Below, one piece after another: positions 18,093 through 30,210 of a stretch of 64,000 nucleotides of DNA. Source of the DNA: Blastocatellia bacterium (GTDB taxonomy: Bacteria > Acidobacteriota > Blastocatellia > UBA7656). Under the pieces are notes generated by a model. That model made no database searches. It was not told the origin of the DNA and was given only the letters and a program-made list of their open reading frames with translations. Made by a program: the position numbers and the translations under genes. Position 1 is the stretch's first letter; every line of letters starts with the position of its first letter. The stretch covers positions 1 to 64,000 of the forward strand of contig CAVXWP010000008.1 of assembly GCA_963765495.1 (NCBI GenBank), written 5' to 3'.

Positions 18093-19109
18093 TTACTTCG
18101 TGGCCAGTATCAAAGGCGACGGGCCGGGAACGTCGATAGTTGTGACCCTCTTAAATCCAGCGGCTTTGAGCCATTCGCGATACTCCTTCATCGTATAGAC
18201 ATCGCCTTGTTCTGTGTGGATAAGCATGTTAAGCCCGAAGATCAAAGGTAGCTCCGGGCCGGTTCGCTTATCGTTCGGGATCATATCGGCTATCAGGAGT
18301 TGCCCGCCTTCTTTCAGCGTCTGGTAGGATTTCTTGATCAGTTTACTACCCCACTTCGCGCCTTCGGAATGGATGATGTGACCGAGAATTACCAGGTCAT
18401 ATTTGCCGCGTGGCAGCTTAACTTCTCGCAGGTTGCCCTCTATGTAATCGTAACGGTCGGCCACGCCGAATTTTTCCGTAAACTCGCGGGCGATGGGCGT
18501 AACTTCGGGGAAATCGAGGACCGTCACCTGTGCGTCGGGAATTGCCTGCGCGAAAGCAAGCGACCACGCAGCCGACCCGGCAGCTATGTCGAGGATCGTC
18601 TTGATTCGCTTGCGGCTCTTTTCGGAGAGGGAAGCCGCGGCGGCGCGACCGGCGGCATAGCTCATAGGAAAGATGGCTTTAACGAGCTTTGGGAAAAACT
18701 CCCGCCCCTCTTCTTCCGCATCTACTTTGGTGACCGGCTTCCCCGTCTTGACTACTTCGGGAAGTCTTGCCCACGCATCCCAGTTGAGCCTGCTCTCAAA
18801 CGCAAATCCGCCTATGAAGGGCTCGCGCCCGCGTACCAGAAAAGCCCCGGCTACGGGCTCCAGATCGTAGTTGTCGCCTCTCTTTTTCAGGTAGGTCATC
18901 GCGACCAGCGCATCGAGCAATCGCCTTGTTGCATCCTTGTCGGTACCGGCTGCGCGCGCAATCTCTTTCGGGCTATGATTGCCCGCCGCTATCTGAGTAA
19001 AAAGATCGAGTTCTATTCCTGCTATGAGCGTCAACGTCCTGCGCGCCGCCCAAAAATCCTGCATTATCTGTTCTGGACTTGGTCCCTTTTGTTCTCTTGC
19101 TTCTGCCAT
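18093..19109 (-). CDS. SAM-dependent O-methyltransferase with dimerisation domain
   Basis: GIELDLF N-terminal domain, ILDIAAGS, YDLVILGHIIH, LNML..T..G. Confidence 0.9.
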   Translation of the reverse strand: MAEAREQKGPSPEQIMQDFWAARRTLTLIAGIELDLFTQIAAGNHSPKEIARAAGTDKDATRRLLDALVAMTYLKKRGDNYDLEPVAGAFLVRGREPFIGGFAFESRLNWDAWARLPEVVKTGKPVTKVDAEEEGREFFPKLVKAIFPMSYAAGRAAAASLSEKSRKRIKTILDIAAGSAAWSLAFAQAIPDAQVTVLDFPEVTPIAREFTEKFGVADRYDYIEGNLREVKLPRGKYDLVILGHIIHSEGAKWGSKLIKKSYQTLKEGGQLLIADMIPNDKRTGPELPLIFGLNMLIHTEQGDVYTMKEYREWLKAAGFKRVTTIDVPGPSPLILATK

Positions 19110-19147
19110 TTTCAGTCTTTCTCCTTTTCTTAATCACACTAAAACTT

Positions 19148-20275
19148 TCACTTTTTCCGCTGAATGAGTACGCGGAAATTATCACTTACGCCGCCGGGGA
19201 CGAACAAGTTCTTAATAGCGAGGCGATCCTTTAGATCGTTTATTGCGCCGCCCGAGCGGGCTTCCATCGCGGCTATCTCTTCGATCAAACCCATGCGCAT
19301 TAGAAACTGCACCTGTCGCTCGAAGCTCACCATCTCGAATCCGAAATCGCGTCCATACTCGATAAGCGCGGTAAAGTTGACGCTCGCCGTGATGTCCTGC
19401 TGGCCCGGTCGCTCAAGCGGAGCCTCCACAAGCATGTGTCTGTGGAATGATCGCAATGTTCCCCGTGGCCTGTCCGGCCCCCAGAGGTGAGCGGCTATGT
19501 CTCCATAATCTATAGTCACAAGGAAGCCTCTGTTCAAAACGCGAGAGATTCGCTTGAGCCAGGAAATCGCGTCGAGATTGATCTCAACCGGCTTCCCATC
19601 GAGCGGGCCTGTGCCGATTCGCTCGATATAATCAGCGATGCGCGATGTTGACGGGGTGTCCCAGACCGCGACTAACCTTTCTCGCTCCGGTTCTGATTCC
19701 GGGTTTGCGACCATTTCAACCGTCACATACATCTCTTCGAGCCGCGCGCCAAAAGAGCGGACTACGTGAACGGGCATCGCGTCAACAAGCTCGTTTGAAA
19801 AGATTATGCCCGCAAGCGGGCTTGCCGACAGGTCATCAATATCTTGCCAGATGATGAGGTTGGCGAAACGGGCAAGCCTTTCCCTTTGCAGCCTTCGCAT
19901 AGCGGGACTCGTTTCCACTATCACATAGCGCAAGGGGTTGAAATGCGTCGGGTATCTGGTCTCGATAGCCGTGAGTACATCGAATGCAAGTTGCCCGGTT
20001 CCAGCGCCTATCTCAATCAGGGTGAGAGCTTCATGAGAAAAGAAGGAGTCCCACATTTCGATTAATGCGCGGGCAAGCAAAGCGCCGAAGGCCGAATGCG
20101 TGTTGCTTGAAGTGTAGTAATCGCCCGCCGGGCCTATCTTTGATCGTTCGGTGTTGTAGTAACCTCGCGCCGGGTCATAGAGCGCTTCCTGCATAAAATC
20201 GCGAAATGTCATCGGGTCGCTGCGTCGAAGCCGCTCTATCAGAATGGTTTCAAGTGAGATGTTTGATTCGGGCAT
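19148..20275 (-). CDS. MidA/NDUFAF7-family SAM-dependent methyltransferase (DUF185)
   Basis: FRDFMQEALY..GYY, GDYYTS, EIGAGTG, SNELVDAMP, TIDYG, QDITASVNF. Confidence 0.9.
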   Translation of the reverse strand: MPESNISLETILIERLRRSDPMTFRDFMQEALYDPARGYYNTERSKIGPAGDYYTSSNTHSAFGALLARALIEMWDSFFSHEALTLIEIGAGTGQLAFDVLTAIETRYPTHFNPLRYVIVETSPAMRRLQRERLARFANLIIWQDIDDLSASPLAGIIFSNELVDAMPVHVVRSFGARLEEMYVTVEMVANPESEPERERLVAVWDTPSTSRIADYIERIGTGPLDGKPVEINLDAISWLKRISRVLNRGFLVTIDYGDIAAHLWGPDRPRGTLRSFHRHMLVEAPLERPGQQDITASVNFTALIEYGRDFGFEMVSFERQVQFLMRMGLIEEIAAMEARSGGAINDLKDRLAIKNLFVPGGVSDNFRVLIQRKK

Positions 20276-20285
20276 CGGAAAAGAA

Positions 20286-20318
20286 GAAGCGCAGGGGGAT
20301 TTCGACCCCTGCGCTTTC
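20286..20318 (-). terminator. Intrinsic terminator after nuoB
   Basis: Minus strand GCGCAGGGG-loop-CCCCTGCGC followed by TTCTTCTTTT. Confidence 0.6.
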
Positions 20319-20380
20319 AATTCTACATTGGTAATTATAGAGTCGTTCTCAGGCTCCAACATCTTTGACGCCATTTATAA

Positions 20381-20950
<570 letters not shown>

Positions 20951-20999
20951 TTTGATTTCCTTTAATCCTTATTATAACAGAAGAAGCGTTGTCCGGTTT

Positions 21000-21425
21000 T
21001 TAAGCCCACTCGAGCGCGCCCTTGCGCCAGGCGTAGTAGTAACCGACAACCAGTATGGCTATAAAGACGAGCATCTCAACCAGACCAAAGACTGCCAGCC
21101 GATCATAGATGACTGCCCAGGGGAACAGGAAGACTACCTCTACGTCGAAGACCAGAAACAGCATTGCCACGATGTAGAAACGCACCGATATGCGCTCGCG
21201 GGCATCGCCTATCGGATCAATGCCGCATTCATAAGGGAGCAGTTTTTCTCGCTCGTAGACGCGGCGGTGCAAAAGCCTTGAGGCCCCCAGAAGGGCAACC
21301 GGCAACAGCACGGCTATCAGAAAAAAGATGATGATAGGGATGTAGCCGAAAATAGGGGCATCGGTCGTGGTTTGCGTGGAGGTCTGGCTCTGCGTTTGTA
21401 GCAAAAGGGCCGGAATCTGTATCAT
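21000..21425 (-). CDS. nuoA: NADH-quinone oxidoreductase subunit A
   Basis: PYECG, FYIVAMLFLVFDVE, WRKGALEW. Confidence 0.96.
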   Translation of the reverse strand: MIQIPALLLQTQSQTSTQTTTDAPIFGYIPIIIFFLIAVLLPVALLGASRLLHRRVYEREKLLPYECGIDPIGDARERISVRFYIVAMLFLVFDVEVVFLFPWAVIYDRLAVFGLVEMLVFIAILVVGYYYAWRKGALEWA

Positions 21426-21645
21426 TGACTCACCTGTTAAAGATAAGGGATTTAATACCTTCGAGCGCATCCATCTTAGTTTTGCATTCGATGCGTTGTC
21501 AAGATCAGGGAGCCGATCCTTTCAGTTTTTGGGAAGCTCGTAAAGAGCTTCCCGGCTTCCTCAAACGCTTCTGTTCGTGAGCCTTTACCGGAGCCCGTTC
21601 GGTTTCAGCCGGACTCCGTACCACAGGGATTTCATAAGGCAACGT

Positions 21646-22734
21646 TTAAGGAGACTGTTGCATTTTGCCGCCCTTAGCTGAGAGCATCAACTTGACCAGT
21701 TCTTCGGTAATGTTTGGCTCAAGTCCTTCGGTATGGCCCTTGTCAATGCGTACGACATCGGCGACAACCCTGCTGTCCTTGCAGTCGGGATAGACATACA
21801 CCTGGGCCTTGCCGGGTGCCGGCAGGAGTCCCCAGGAGGGATTGGGCGGATTTTGGCGTGTGCTGTCATATACATAGCCAGCTTTAGTATCGTCAATTTC
21901 CACCGGCTTTCGCCGAGGGCCGCAATTGTACTTAGCGGCCAATTCCGAAGTCTCTGGCAGCCCTTTGTCATCCATTTCACGCCGACCTGTTTCATAGATA
22001 AACGAAAAATCATTGGCCGGAAGCTCGCGCAAGGCCGCAAGGGCGGCAGCAAACGCAGAGGGACTCGGTCTATTTCCGCTGCCGGTCGCGCCGGATGAAG
22101 CAGCGCTTGAAGCTCCTGTGCGTGGAGGACCGAAACTCGCGGCGCGACCGGGGTTCCCGCCCAGTCGACCGCCGGACAGGCTGAGCCATCCGTCTACCTT
22201 ATCCTTAAAAAAGTTCGTACGCACGATCCGATTGGATGTCAGGCCCCCCTGAGAATGCCCGACCAGCCAGAAAGCCTTGATGTTTTCCTTACCTATCTGT
22301 TCGATCACCGAGTTGACTATGTTTTGAAGATACTCGTCATCAGCCTCTGTCCATACCCTCGTCGGGGAGTTTGGGGTAGCTATGACCAGTCGGTATTTGC
22401 CCTTGAAATCCATTATCGGGAAATAGTGACGCTGCCAGTTCCCGTACGAGCCGCCACCATGGAGACTGAGGATAAAGGTGATTTTTTCTCCAGGTTTCAA
22501 ATCGCACGGATAATCCAGGAAGTATGTACGTCGAGTCTTCGTCTCGACCACGGGGCCGGGGTTTATCACTCTGTCGCCTGTGCAGTCCTTGTCGGGACAG
22601 TGCAGCCAGGGCGGGGAGGTGCAGGGCGCTCCTGCGAGCTGGACGGGTTGTTCTTGCGCGAGAGCGTATCCCGTGGATGCCGCTACGACGCCGATCATGG
22701 CCAGCAACCTGATCATATTGCGTGCCTTTATCAT
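21646..22734 (-). CDS. Secreted alpha/beta hydrolase (esterase-like)
   Basis: Signal peptide, LHGGG, GHSQG nucleophile elbow, GHTEG; GGAGG RBS. Confidence 0.8.
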   Translation of the reverse strand: MIKARNMIRLLAMIGVVAASTGYALAQEQPVQLAGAPCTSPPWLHCPDKDCTGDRVINPGPVVETKTRRTYFLDYPCDLKPGEKITFILSLHGGGSYGNWQRHYFPIMDFKGKYRLVIATPNSPTRVWTEADDEYLQNIVNSVIEQIGKENIKAFWLVGHSQGGLTSNRIVRTNFFKDKVDGWLSLSGGRLGGNPGRAASFGPPRTGASSAASSGATGSGNRPSPSAFAAALAALRELPANDFSFIYETGRREMDDKGLPETSELAAKYNCGPRRKPVEIDDTKAGYVYDSTRQNPPNPSWGLLPAPGKAQVYVYPDCKDSRVVADVVRIDKGHTEGLEPNITEELVKLMLSAKGGKMQQSP

Positions 22735-22993
22735 ATAGTTTCCTCCTATGCGGTTTTGATTCGCCGTTTTGGCCGGAGTCTGATCTCTAATCGGCAGGCA
22801 CAACAGATTAGTTCGAATCTTTTCAACCTACCGGTTGGTCAGTAAGCGATTCGGATTCTAACGGCGACGCGTCTCGGTGTCAATCGGAAGATAAGGCTGC
22901 TCACAAGATTGAAAGGCTGAGATGTCTTCAGGGAGTATGGTTTAGTTGCAAATCTCAGAGGTTTTCGATTATCGTAATTATCTTTGGTTTTTT

Positions 22994-23075
22994 GCGAGAG
23001 TGGCGGAATTGGCAGACGCGCCAGACTTAGGATCTGGTACCGTAAGGTGTGGGGGTTCGAGTCCCCCCTTTCGCA
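22994..23075 (+). tRNA. tRNA-Leu (anticodon TAG), CCA not encoded
   Basis: GCGAGAG/CTTTCGC acceptor, TGGCGGAATTGGCAGACGC D arm, CCAGA-CTTAGGA-TCTGG anticodon arm, long variable arm, GGTTCGAGTCCC. Confidence 0.97.
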
Positions 23076-23132
23076 TTGATAGGTAGTTATATTCCTCAGA
23101 AAAAATGATAACCGGTATTTGATCTGTTATCT

Positions 23133-24665
23133 ATGAAAGGCGATAAGAACTTGAACGTAACCGTAACCGATCAGGAAAATTGTAAAAAACTGCTGCGGAT
23201 CGAAATTCCCGGCGATGCCGTCCGTTCAGAGCTTGATAAGCTTGCCGCAAAATATGCCCGGAGTGTGATGATAGCCGGTTTTCGACGCGGGCACGTGCCG
23301 GTCTCGGTCGTCAAAACCAGATTCCGCAAGGAGCTGCGCGAAGAAGTGAAGGCCGAATTGATACCCAAAGCCTTTGAAGAGGCAGTGTCTGAAAATAAGC
23401 TGAAGGTTGTCGGCGAACCGAGATTTGACGAACTCAAACTGGGTGATGATGATTCGCTCAACGCCTCTATCACCGTGGAAGTCTTGCCGGAATTCGAACT
23501 GGCTAACTATAAAACCATCCCGCTCAGAAAACACGTCTATAATGTGCGCGACGAAGATGTGGAAAAGAACATCGCCCAGTTGCGTGATGCGCAGGCCGAA
23601 CTGGTTCCGGTCGAAGAGCGGGGCGCGCAAGACGGCGATATCCTCACCATAAACATAACCGGGCAGGTCCCCGTAGCCGCCAGAGCCGAGGCAGAAACCG
23701 AAGCCGAGAACGGGGCTCAAGGGCAGGAGACTGCTGAAAAGCCTGATGCTGAAACTGATGATGCAGCGCCGGTCGAAACGCCTGAGCAATCCTCGCAATC
23801 GGAGGAAGCAAGCGCGGTCGAAGGTGAAGGGAGCGAAATTGAAGAGATAAAACAGGAAGATGTAGATATCGAACTGGGCGGCAAAGGGGTGCTAAAGGAA
23901 TTTAACGAGGCGCTTGCCGACGTTCGCCCCGGTGATCAAAGAACTCTCACCGTCGAATATCCAGAGGAATACGATAACGAAAGGCTCGCAGGCCGCACAG
24001 TCAACTACACGGTTGATGTCATAGCGGTGCAGATAAAGGAATTGCCCGAGGCCAACGACGAGTTTGCTCAAAGTGTCAAAGAGGAATACAAGACTATAGA
24101 AGACCTTCGGGCGGATATCCGCTCAAGGCTCGAAGACCTGGCGAGACGGAAATCTGAAGAGGAGCTGCGCTCGGCGGCCTCCGAACAACTCGTTGACCGC
24201 AATCGTTTCGATGTGCCCGAATCGGTAGTCGCAAATCAGATGAAGACGCGTTTCAATATGTTTATTCAGGATCTGGCCGCGCACGGCATGGACCCGCGAG
24301 GGATGGATCTGGATTGGGAGTCGATGTTTGAGACGCAACGTGAAGGGGCTACACGCGATGTTCGCCGCTCGCTCATACTCGACCGTATCGCCGAAGCCGA
24401 AGAGATTGAGGTGAGCGATGAAGAGCTTGATCAGGAGATTGAGAGACTGGCAACCGCTCGAAATCAGACGGCAGCCGTCCTGCGGGCGCGCTTGACAAAG
24501 GAAGATGCGCTGGATAGTATCAAAGAGCAGGTCAGAACCCGAAAAGCCCTTGATTTTGTGATAGATTCAGCCGAACTCCGAACCGAAGAAGTAGACGGAT
24601 TGGAGACGAGCGCGGCTACGACCGGCGACGGGGATGAACAAGCTGAGGAGGGTGCGGGTTCCTGA
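23133..24665 (+). CDS. tig: Trigger factor
   Basis: GFRRGHVP ribosome-binding motif, FKBP and C-terminal domains, position upstream of clpP. Confidence 0.95.
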   Translation: MKGDKNLNVTVTDQENCKKLLRIEIPGDAVRSELDKLAAKYARSVMIAGFRRGHVPVSVVKTRFRKELREEVKAELIPKAFEEAVSENKLKVVGEPRFDELKLGDDDSLNASITVEVLPEFELANYKTIPLRKHVYNVRDEDVEKNIAQLRDAQAELVPVEERGAQDGDILTINITGQVPVAARAEAETEAENGAQGQETAEKPDAETDDAAPVETPEQSSQSEEASAVEGEGSEIEEIKQEDVDIELGGKGVLKEFNEALADVRPGDQRTLTVEYPEEYDNERLAGRTVNYTVDVIAVQIKELPEANDEFAQSVKEEYKTIEDLRADIRSRLEDLARRKSEEELRSAASEQLVDRNRFDVPESVVANQMKTRFNMFIQDLAAHGMDPRGMDLDWESMFETQREGATRDVRRSLILDRIAEAEEIEVSDEELDQEIERLATARNQTAAVLRARLTKEDALDSIKEQVRTRKALDFVIDSAELRTEEVDGLETSAATTGDGDEQAEEGAGS

Positions 24666-24820
24666 TTTTATCCGCGATTTTCAGATTGTTTACGAGCGTG
24701 GCGGATTCCAGGGATTCGCTATGAAAAACGGCTCTCTCAATGCCACAAGAAAAAAGTAACTTCCGGCAATGGGCAAATCGAAGTATAATTAAACACATGA
24801 GAAGCAGGGGTAGGAATCCT

Positions 24821-25426
24821 ATGGAATACGATCCGCAGATGGCCCTGGTGCCAATGGTAGTCGAACAGACCGCGCGTGGCGAGCGCGCATTTGATATTTA
24901 TTCGCGTCTTCTCAAAGATAACATCATCTTTATAGGAACGCCGATTGACGACACCATAGCCAATCTGGTCGTTGCTCAATTGTTGTTCCTTGAAGCTGAA
25001 GACCCCGACCGAGATATCTCGCTTTACATCAACAGTCCCGGCGGTTCGATCACTGCCGGTATGGCTATTTACGACACGATGCAGTTTATACGCCCCGATG
25101 TAACCACGATTTGTGTCGGGCAGTGCGCCTCGATGGGCGCGTTGTTGCTGACGGCAGGAGCCAAGGGCAAGAGATTCGCATTGCCGAATTCACGAATACT
25201 GATCCATCAGCCTTCGATAGGCGGGATTTCGGGGCAGGCAACCGACATCCGCATCCACGCTGAAGAGATCATGCGCATGCGACAGCTTACGAGCGAAATT
25301 CTGGCCAAGCACAGCGGGCAGTCTCTTGAAGTGATTGAGCGCGATGTCGAGCGCGACCGCATCATGAGTGCTGTTCAGGCCAAAGAGTACGGGTTGATAG
25401 ATCAGGTGATAACTCACCGCGAATAA
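24821..25426 (+). CDS. clpP: ATP-dependent Clp protease proteolytic subunit
   Basis: [24 protein letters not shown]. Confidence 0.98.
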   Translation: MEYDPQMALVPMVVEQTARGERAFDIYSRLLKDNIIFIGTPIDDTIANLVVAQLLFLEAEDPDRDISLYINSPGGSITAGMAIYDTMQFIRPDVTTICVGQCASMGALLLTAGAKGKRFALPNSRILIHQPSIGGISGQATDIRIHAEEIMRMRQLTSEILAKHSGQSLEVIERDVERDRIMSAVQAKEYGLIDQVITHRE

Positions 25427-25470
25427 GAAGGAAGAAGGTTGAAGGATAAACAGGTCCTCAGGTATCGGGT

Positions 25471-25494
25471 TCATCCCTCATCCCTCATCCCTCA
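25471..25494. repeat. Heptamer tandem (TCATCCC)x3
   Basis: In the clpP-clpX spacer. Confidence 0.8.
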
Positions 25495-25544
25495 GAAATG
25501 CCGCACCGCGAAAGCGATTGAACTTCAGGAAGATCGGAGAACGG

Positions 25545-26777
25545 ATGAGACGAGGCGACGACACATTGCGTTGCTCGTTTTGCGGGAAATCGCAGAACGA
25601 GGTTAAAAAGCTGATTGCCGGCCCAACCGTTTATATATGCAACGAATGCATTGATATCTGTAACGAGATCATTACCGATGATCAGCAGCAAGAGACCGCC
25701 GCGAGGCGTCCTCCTCTGCCCAAGCCGGTTGAGATAAAAGAATTTCTCGACGATTACGTCATCGGTCAGGATGATACCAAGAAGAAACTGGCCGTGGCCG
25801 TCTATCAACATTATAAGCGCGTGGATATGATCAAGCGGCGCGCTTCCGATGTTGAGATTCAGAAATCGAACATAATGCTGATAGGTCCTACGGGGACCGG
25901 CAAGACTCTGCTTGCGCAGACGCTTGCCCGCATGCTGAACGTGCCGTTCACTATCGTTGACGCTACTACGCTGACCGAAGCCGGGTATGTGGGTGAAGAT
26001 GTCGAAAACATCATCCTCAAACTCCTGCAAGCGGCCAATGGCGATATTGAGCGAGCGCAAAACGGCATAATATACATAGACGAAATAGACAAGATTTGTC
26101 GCAAGGACGAAAATCCTTCTATCACCCGGGACGTTTCGGGTGAAGGCGTTCAGCAGGCGCTCTTGAAGATACTCGAAGGGACCGTAGCCAATGTCCCGCC
26201 GCAGGGGGGCCGCAAACACCCGCATCAGGAATTCTTCCCCGTTGACACAACAAACATTCTGTTTATTTGCGGGGGGGCCTTTGTCGGACTTGAAAAGGTG
26301 ATCGAAAAGCGCATAGGCAAGAAGGCGCTCGGCTTTAACGCAAATGTCAAGAGCGTGCGCAAACAGCGTTTGAGCGATACACTTGCTCAGGCCGAACCCG
26401 AAGACCTTATCAAGTTTGGGCTGATTCCTGAATTTGTCGGCAGGCTGCCCGTAGTCGGCACGCTGCACGAACTCGATGAAGCGGCGATGATCGAGATACT
26501 TACCCAGCCCAAGAACGCGCTCGTCAAACAGTATCAAAAGTTGTTTGAATACGAGGGCGTGAAGCTGCGCTTCACCGAGGATGCGCTTTCTGCCGTAGCC
26601 CGCATGGCCTGCGAGCGGAAGGTCGGCGCTCGCGGCCTCAGAATGATTCTTGAAGAGCTTATGCTCGATGTGATGTACATGTTGCCCTCATCTAAGAAGG
26701 TTAAGGAATTTGTTGTAACTCGCGAGATGGTTGAAAACCGCCGCGCGACATTCCCCGTCCTGGAGAAAGCAGGGTAG
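25545..26777 (+). CDS. clpX: Clp protease ATP-binding subunit ClpX
   Basis: CSFCGK zinc finger, [26 protein letters not shown]. Confidence 0.98.
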   Translation: MRRGDDTLRCSFCGKSQNEVKKLIAGPTVYICNECIDICNEIITDDQQQETAARRPPLPKPVEIKEFLDDYVIGQDDTKKKLAVAVYQHYKRVDMIKRRASDVEIQKSNIMLIGPTGTGKTLLAQTLARMLNVPFTIVDATTLTEAGYVGEDVENIILKLLQAANGDIERAQNGIIYIDEIDKICRKDENPSITRDVSGEGVQQALLKILEGTVANVPPQGGRKHPHQEFFPVDTTNILFICGGAFVGLEKVIEKRIGKKALGFNANVKSVRKQRLSDTLAQAEPEDLIKFGLIPEFVGRLPVVGTLHELDEAAMIEILTQPKNALVKQYQKLFEYEGVKLRFTEDALSAVARMACERKVGARGLRMILEELMLDVMYMLPSSKKVKEFVVTREMVENRRATFPVLEKAG

Positions 26778-26859
26778 AAGCAGCTTCGCGATTTCAAACC
26801 TCTCTCAAATTTGAGATTTGAAATCGCGGTGCAGTTCAGCTTCAAGCCACGGTCTAGCC

Positions 26860-29295
26860 ATGAATGAATTCAGCGATAGCACACCCACAGACGTAGTTAA
26901 ATGCCCCATGGTCCCGATACGGGATGTTGTTGTATTTCCGTATACGATTGTTGCCTTCGTCATAGGACGGCCCGCCAGCGTTCGCGCACTTGAGGCCGCG
27001 CTCAATGGTGACAAGACGATCTTTCTTGCCACCCAGCACGACGCAACCGTTGATGAGCCGTCTATAGATCAGGTCTATTCCGTGGGTACGATAGCCAGAA
27101 TCACTCATAACCTGCGCCACCCGGACGGCAATATCAAAGTCATGGTCGAGGGCCTTGAACGCGCTCGCTCCGTGAGAGTAGAGGACTCGGGTGAGTACTG
27201 GCAGGCTACCTTGAGAAAAGCGCCGCAGTCGTTTGAGCCTCGCTCGCGCCTCAATGCCTTGATAGGTCGCATCGGTTCACTTGTGGATCAATATGTCCGT
27301 CAGTCGACCGAATTGACGAATCCCGAAACGCTCACCGCCGCGCTCAGAAATGATGAACCCGCGCGGCTCTGCGATGCCATTGCCTCGAATCTGAAGATCT
27401 CTGTGGAAGACAAGCAGGGGTTGCTTGAGATATTTCCTCTTCAGGACCGACTCGTTCGATTGATCGAAGTGCTTGAGGTCGAGCTTGAAAAGATTCAGGT
27501 AGATCGCGCAATCCACGGCCGGGTCAAGCGCCAGATGGAGCGCGCGCAGAAAGAGTACTACCTGAATGAAAAGATCAAGGCGATTCATAAGGAACTCGGG
27601 CGCAAGGATGAAAAAGCCGAACTCGAAGAGCTGAAGCAGAAGATCGAAACGGCCGGCATGTCGAAAGACGCTTTTGAAAAGGCTATGACCGAACTGCGCC
27701 GCCTTGAGCAGATGCCGCCGATGTCGGCCGAAAGCACCGTCTCGAGAAACTATCTCGACTGGCTGCTGGCTGTGCCGTGGAAAGATCGCTCCGAAGAAGT
27801 GCGCGACATAAGAGCCGCTCAGGATATTCTGGACGCGGATCACTATGGTCTGGATAAAGTTAAAGAACGCATACTCGAATATCTTGCCGTGCGTCAACTC
27901 GTAGACCGCCCGCGTGGCTCGATCCTCTGTCTCGTAGGCCCGCCCGGCGTCGGAAAGACAAGCCTTGGCCGCTCAATCGCCAAGGCCACAGGGCGCAACT
28001 TCGTCCGCCTGTCGCTTGGCGGAGTCCGCGATGAGGCCGAAATACGCGGCCACCGCCGCACCTATATCGGCGCGCTCCCCGGCCAGATTGTTCAGATGAT
28101 GAAGAAGGCCGGGACCGTAAATCCGCTCATAATGCTCGATGAAGTTGATAAACTGGGCATGGATTTTCGCGGAGACCCGTCATCGGCCCTTCTTGAAGTG
28201 CTCGACCCGGAACAAAACAGCACATTCCACGATCATTACCTGGATGTCGAGTATGATCTGTCGAATGTGATGTTTATAGCAACCGCCAATGTGCTTCATA
28301 CGATTCCGCCCGCGCTTCAAGACAGGCTTGAGATAACACGGCTTCCGGGTTATACCGAGCGCGAAAAGCTTGAGATCGCAATGCGCCACCTGTTGCCTAA
28401 ACAGTTGGAGGCAAACGGGTTGAGCCTCGAACAGATCGAATTCACCGAAGATGGGGTTCGGACGATCATTCAGTTTTATACGCGGGAAGCGGGCGTTCGC
28501 AATCTGGAGCGAGAGATCGCCTCCGTGCTCAGAAAGCTTGCCCGGAAGATGCTTACAAGCGATGATCCGCAGACCTTTCACGGGGTCGTGACGGGGGATC
28601 TCGTCAAAGAACTGCTCGGACCTATCCGCTTCCGACCGCAGGCCATCGCTCAAGAAAACGAGATCGGGCTTTCGACCGGGCTTGCGTGGACCGAGGTCGG
28701 CGGCGAAGTTCTCCATATAGAAGCCACACTCATGAACGGGCGCGGCAATATAACGCTTACGGGCAAACTCGGCGAGGTGATGCAGGAGTCTGCGCGAGCG
28801 GCGCTTTCCTGCGTGCGCTCTCGGGCAAAACGGCTCGGCATCTCGACAGATTTTTATAAGAAGTATGATCTTCACCTTCACGTACCCGAGGGAGCCATCC
28901 CAAAGGATGGCCCGTCGGCAGGCATCGCCATAGCGACCGCAATCGTTTCGGCGCTGACCAACGTACCCGTCAGATGCGATGTTGCGATGACCGGCGAGAT
29001 AACGCTTCGCGGCAAAGTCCTGCCAATCGGCGGGGTGAAGGAAAAACTCCTGGCCGCGCACCGGGTGGGAATCAGGGTAGCTATTCTGCCAAAGGAAAAC
29101 GCCAAAGACCTTGTAGAACTGCCCGATGATGTAAAGGAATCTTTAGAGATTCACACGGTTGAAACAGTAGACGAAGTATGGCGAATTGCGCTCGAAGATA
29201 CGCTTTCCAAGAGTGAGGTCCCAACGCCCGAAGTTCCGCTCTGGGGGCAGCAGCCCGCAAGCGATTCTCCTGCTTCGAATCAGATTATTGAGTAA
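26860..29295 (+). CDS. lon: Lon protease
   Basis: [33 protein letters not shown]. Confidence 0.98.
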   Translation: MNEFSDSTPTDVVKCPMVPIRDVVVFPYTIVAFVIGRPASVRALEAALNGDKTIFLATQHDATVDEPSIDQVYSVGTIARITHNLRHPDGNIKVMVEGLERARSVRVEDSGEYWQATLRKAPQSFEPRSRLNALIGRIGSLVDQYVRQSTELTNPETLTAALRNDEPARLCDAIASNLKISVEDKQGLLEIFPLQDRLVRLIEVLEVELEKIQVDRAIHGRVKRQMERAQKEYYLNEKIKAIHKELGRKDEKAELEELKQKIETAGMSKDAFEKAMTELRRLEQMPPMSAESTVSRNYLDWLLAVPWKDRSEEVRDIRAAQDILDADHYGLDKVKERILEYLAVRQLVDRPRGSILCLVGPPGVGKTSLGRSIAKATGRNFVRLSLGGVRDEAEIRGHRRTYIGALPGQIVQMMKKAGTVNPLIMLDEVDKLGMDFRGDPSSALLEVLDPEQNSTFHDHYLDVEYDLSNVMFIATANVLHTIPPALQDRLEITRLPGYTEREKLEIAMRHLLPKQLEANGLSLEQIEFTEDGVRTIIQFYTREAGVRNLEREIASVLRKLARKMLTSDDPQTFHGVVTGDLVKELLGPIRFRPQAIAQENEIGLSTGLAWTEVGGEVLHIEATLMNGRGNITLTGKLGEVMQESARAALSCVRSRAKRLGISTDFYKKYDLHLHVPEGAIPKDGPSAGIAIATAIVSALTNVPVRCDVAMTGEITLRGKVLPIGGVKEKLLAAHRVGIRVAILPKENAKDLVELPDDVKESLEIHTVETVDEVWRIALEDTLSKSEVPTPEVPLWGQQPASDSPASNQIIE

Positions 29296-29304
29296 GCAGT
29301 GAAA

Positions 29305-29392
29305 CGTGATTCGTGATTCGTGATTCGTGAGATTTGCGACGGGCCTGTGGCGAGCCTCAAGCTGAAAGTCACGAATCACGTATCGCGAATCA
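29305..29392. repeat. Heptamer tandem (CGTGATT)n with degenerate inverted arm
   Basis: 29305-29330 and TCACGAA-like units at 29369-29392. Confidence 0.85.
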
Positions 29393-29407
29393 TTGAACGA
29401 ATCACTG

Positions 29408-29989
29408 ATGAAGATCAAAAGCGCTGTTTTCGTAAAGAGCGCCACCGACCTTGAACATTATCCTCGCGATGGCCCGCCGGAAATAGCCTTTATGGGCCGC
29501 AGCAACGTCGGCAAATCCAGTTTGATAAATTCGCTGTTGAATGTTCGAGGGCTTGCGCGCACAAGCAATACTCCAGGGCGCACGCAGCTTATAAACTTTT
29601 TTTTGATAAATGATGCATTCTATTTCGTAGACCTGCCGGGCTACGGATATGCAAGAGTTCCAACGGAGGTAAAGAAGCTTTGGGGCCCGATGGTCGAGAA
29701 ATACCTTGCAACCCGGCCTAACCTTATGCTATCAATTCTGATCGCTGATTCGAGGCACGAGCCCACCAAGTTAGACCTGATGATGAGCAACTGGCTTAAA
29801 GAGAGGGGAAAACCATTCATCATCGCTGCTACCAAGGCTGACAAACTCAGCAGTAACAAGTTGAGGGCCAGTTTGAGCCGCGCGTCGGCGGTCTTTGGAG
29901 AGAAAGACCTGATTCCTTATTCATCGGTCACGCGGAGTGGGGCTGACCGCATCTGGGGAACCATATCTGAACATTTGAGCAATCGGTAG
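29408..29989 (+). CDS. yihA: Ribosome biogenesis GTPase YihA/EngB
   Basis: GRSNVGKSS, TPGRT, DLPGYG, TKADK. Confidence 0.97.
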   Translation: MKIKSAVFVKSATDLEHYPRDGPPEIAFMGRSNVGKSSLINSLLNVRGLARTSNTPGRTQLINFFLINDAFYFVDLPGYGYARVPTEVKKLWGPMVEKYLATRPNLMLSILIADSRHEPTKLDLMMSNWLKERGKPFIIAATKADKLSSNKLRASLSRASAVFGEKDLIPYSSVTRSGADRIWGTISEHLSNR

Positions 29990-30210
29990 CTTTACCAATC
30001 ACGCTGTTAGAGTTCGACTTCGAAGCGATCTGAGGGGAACGCTACAGGGACCCTGCCGATTGAAGCAAAAGACTGTTGGAGCCGCGTCCTTTTTGCCGCT
30101 CTTAGTGAATAATCCCTTTTACATCTGTTAGCGTTCAGACAGCGAGCGCTATCTGGCTCGCAAACGCCAGGTAATCAGTCCAATCAACCAGTGAGGTCAT
30201 TAGAAGAATT

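Noticed and set aside
22994-23075. tRNA-Leu as integration site of the island
   Set aside because: No integrase or duplicated 3' end seen; tig follows directly
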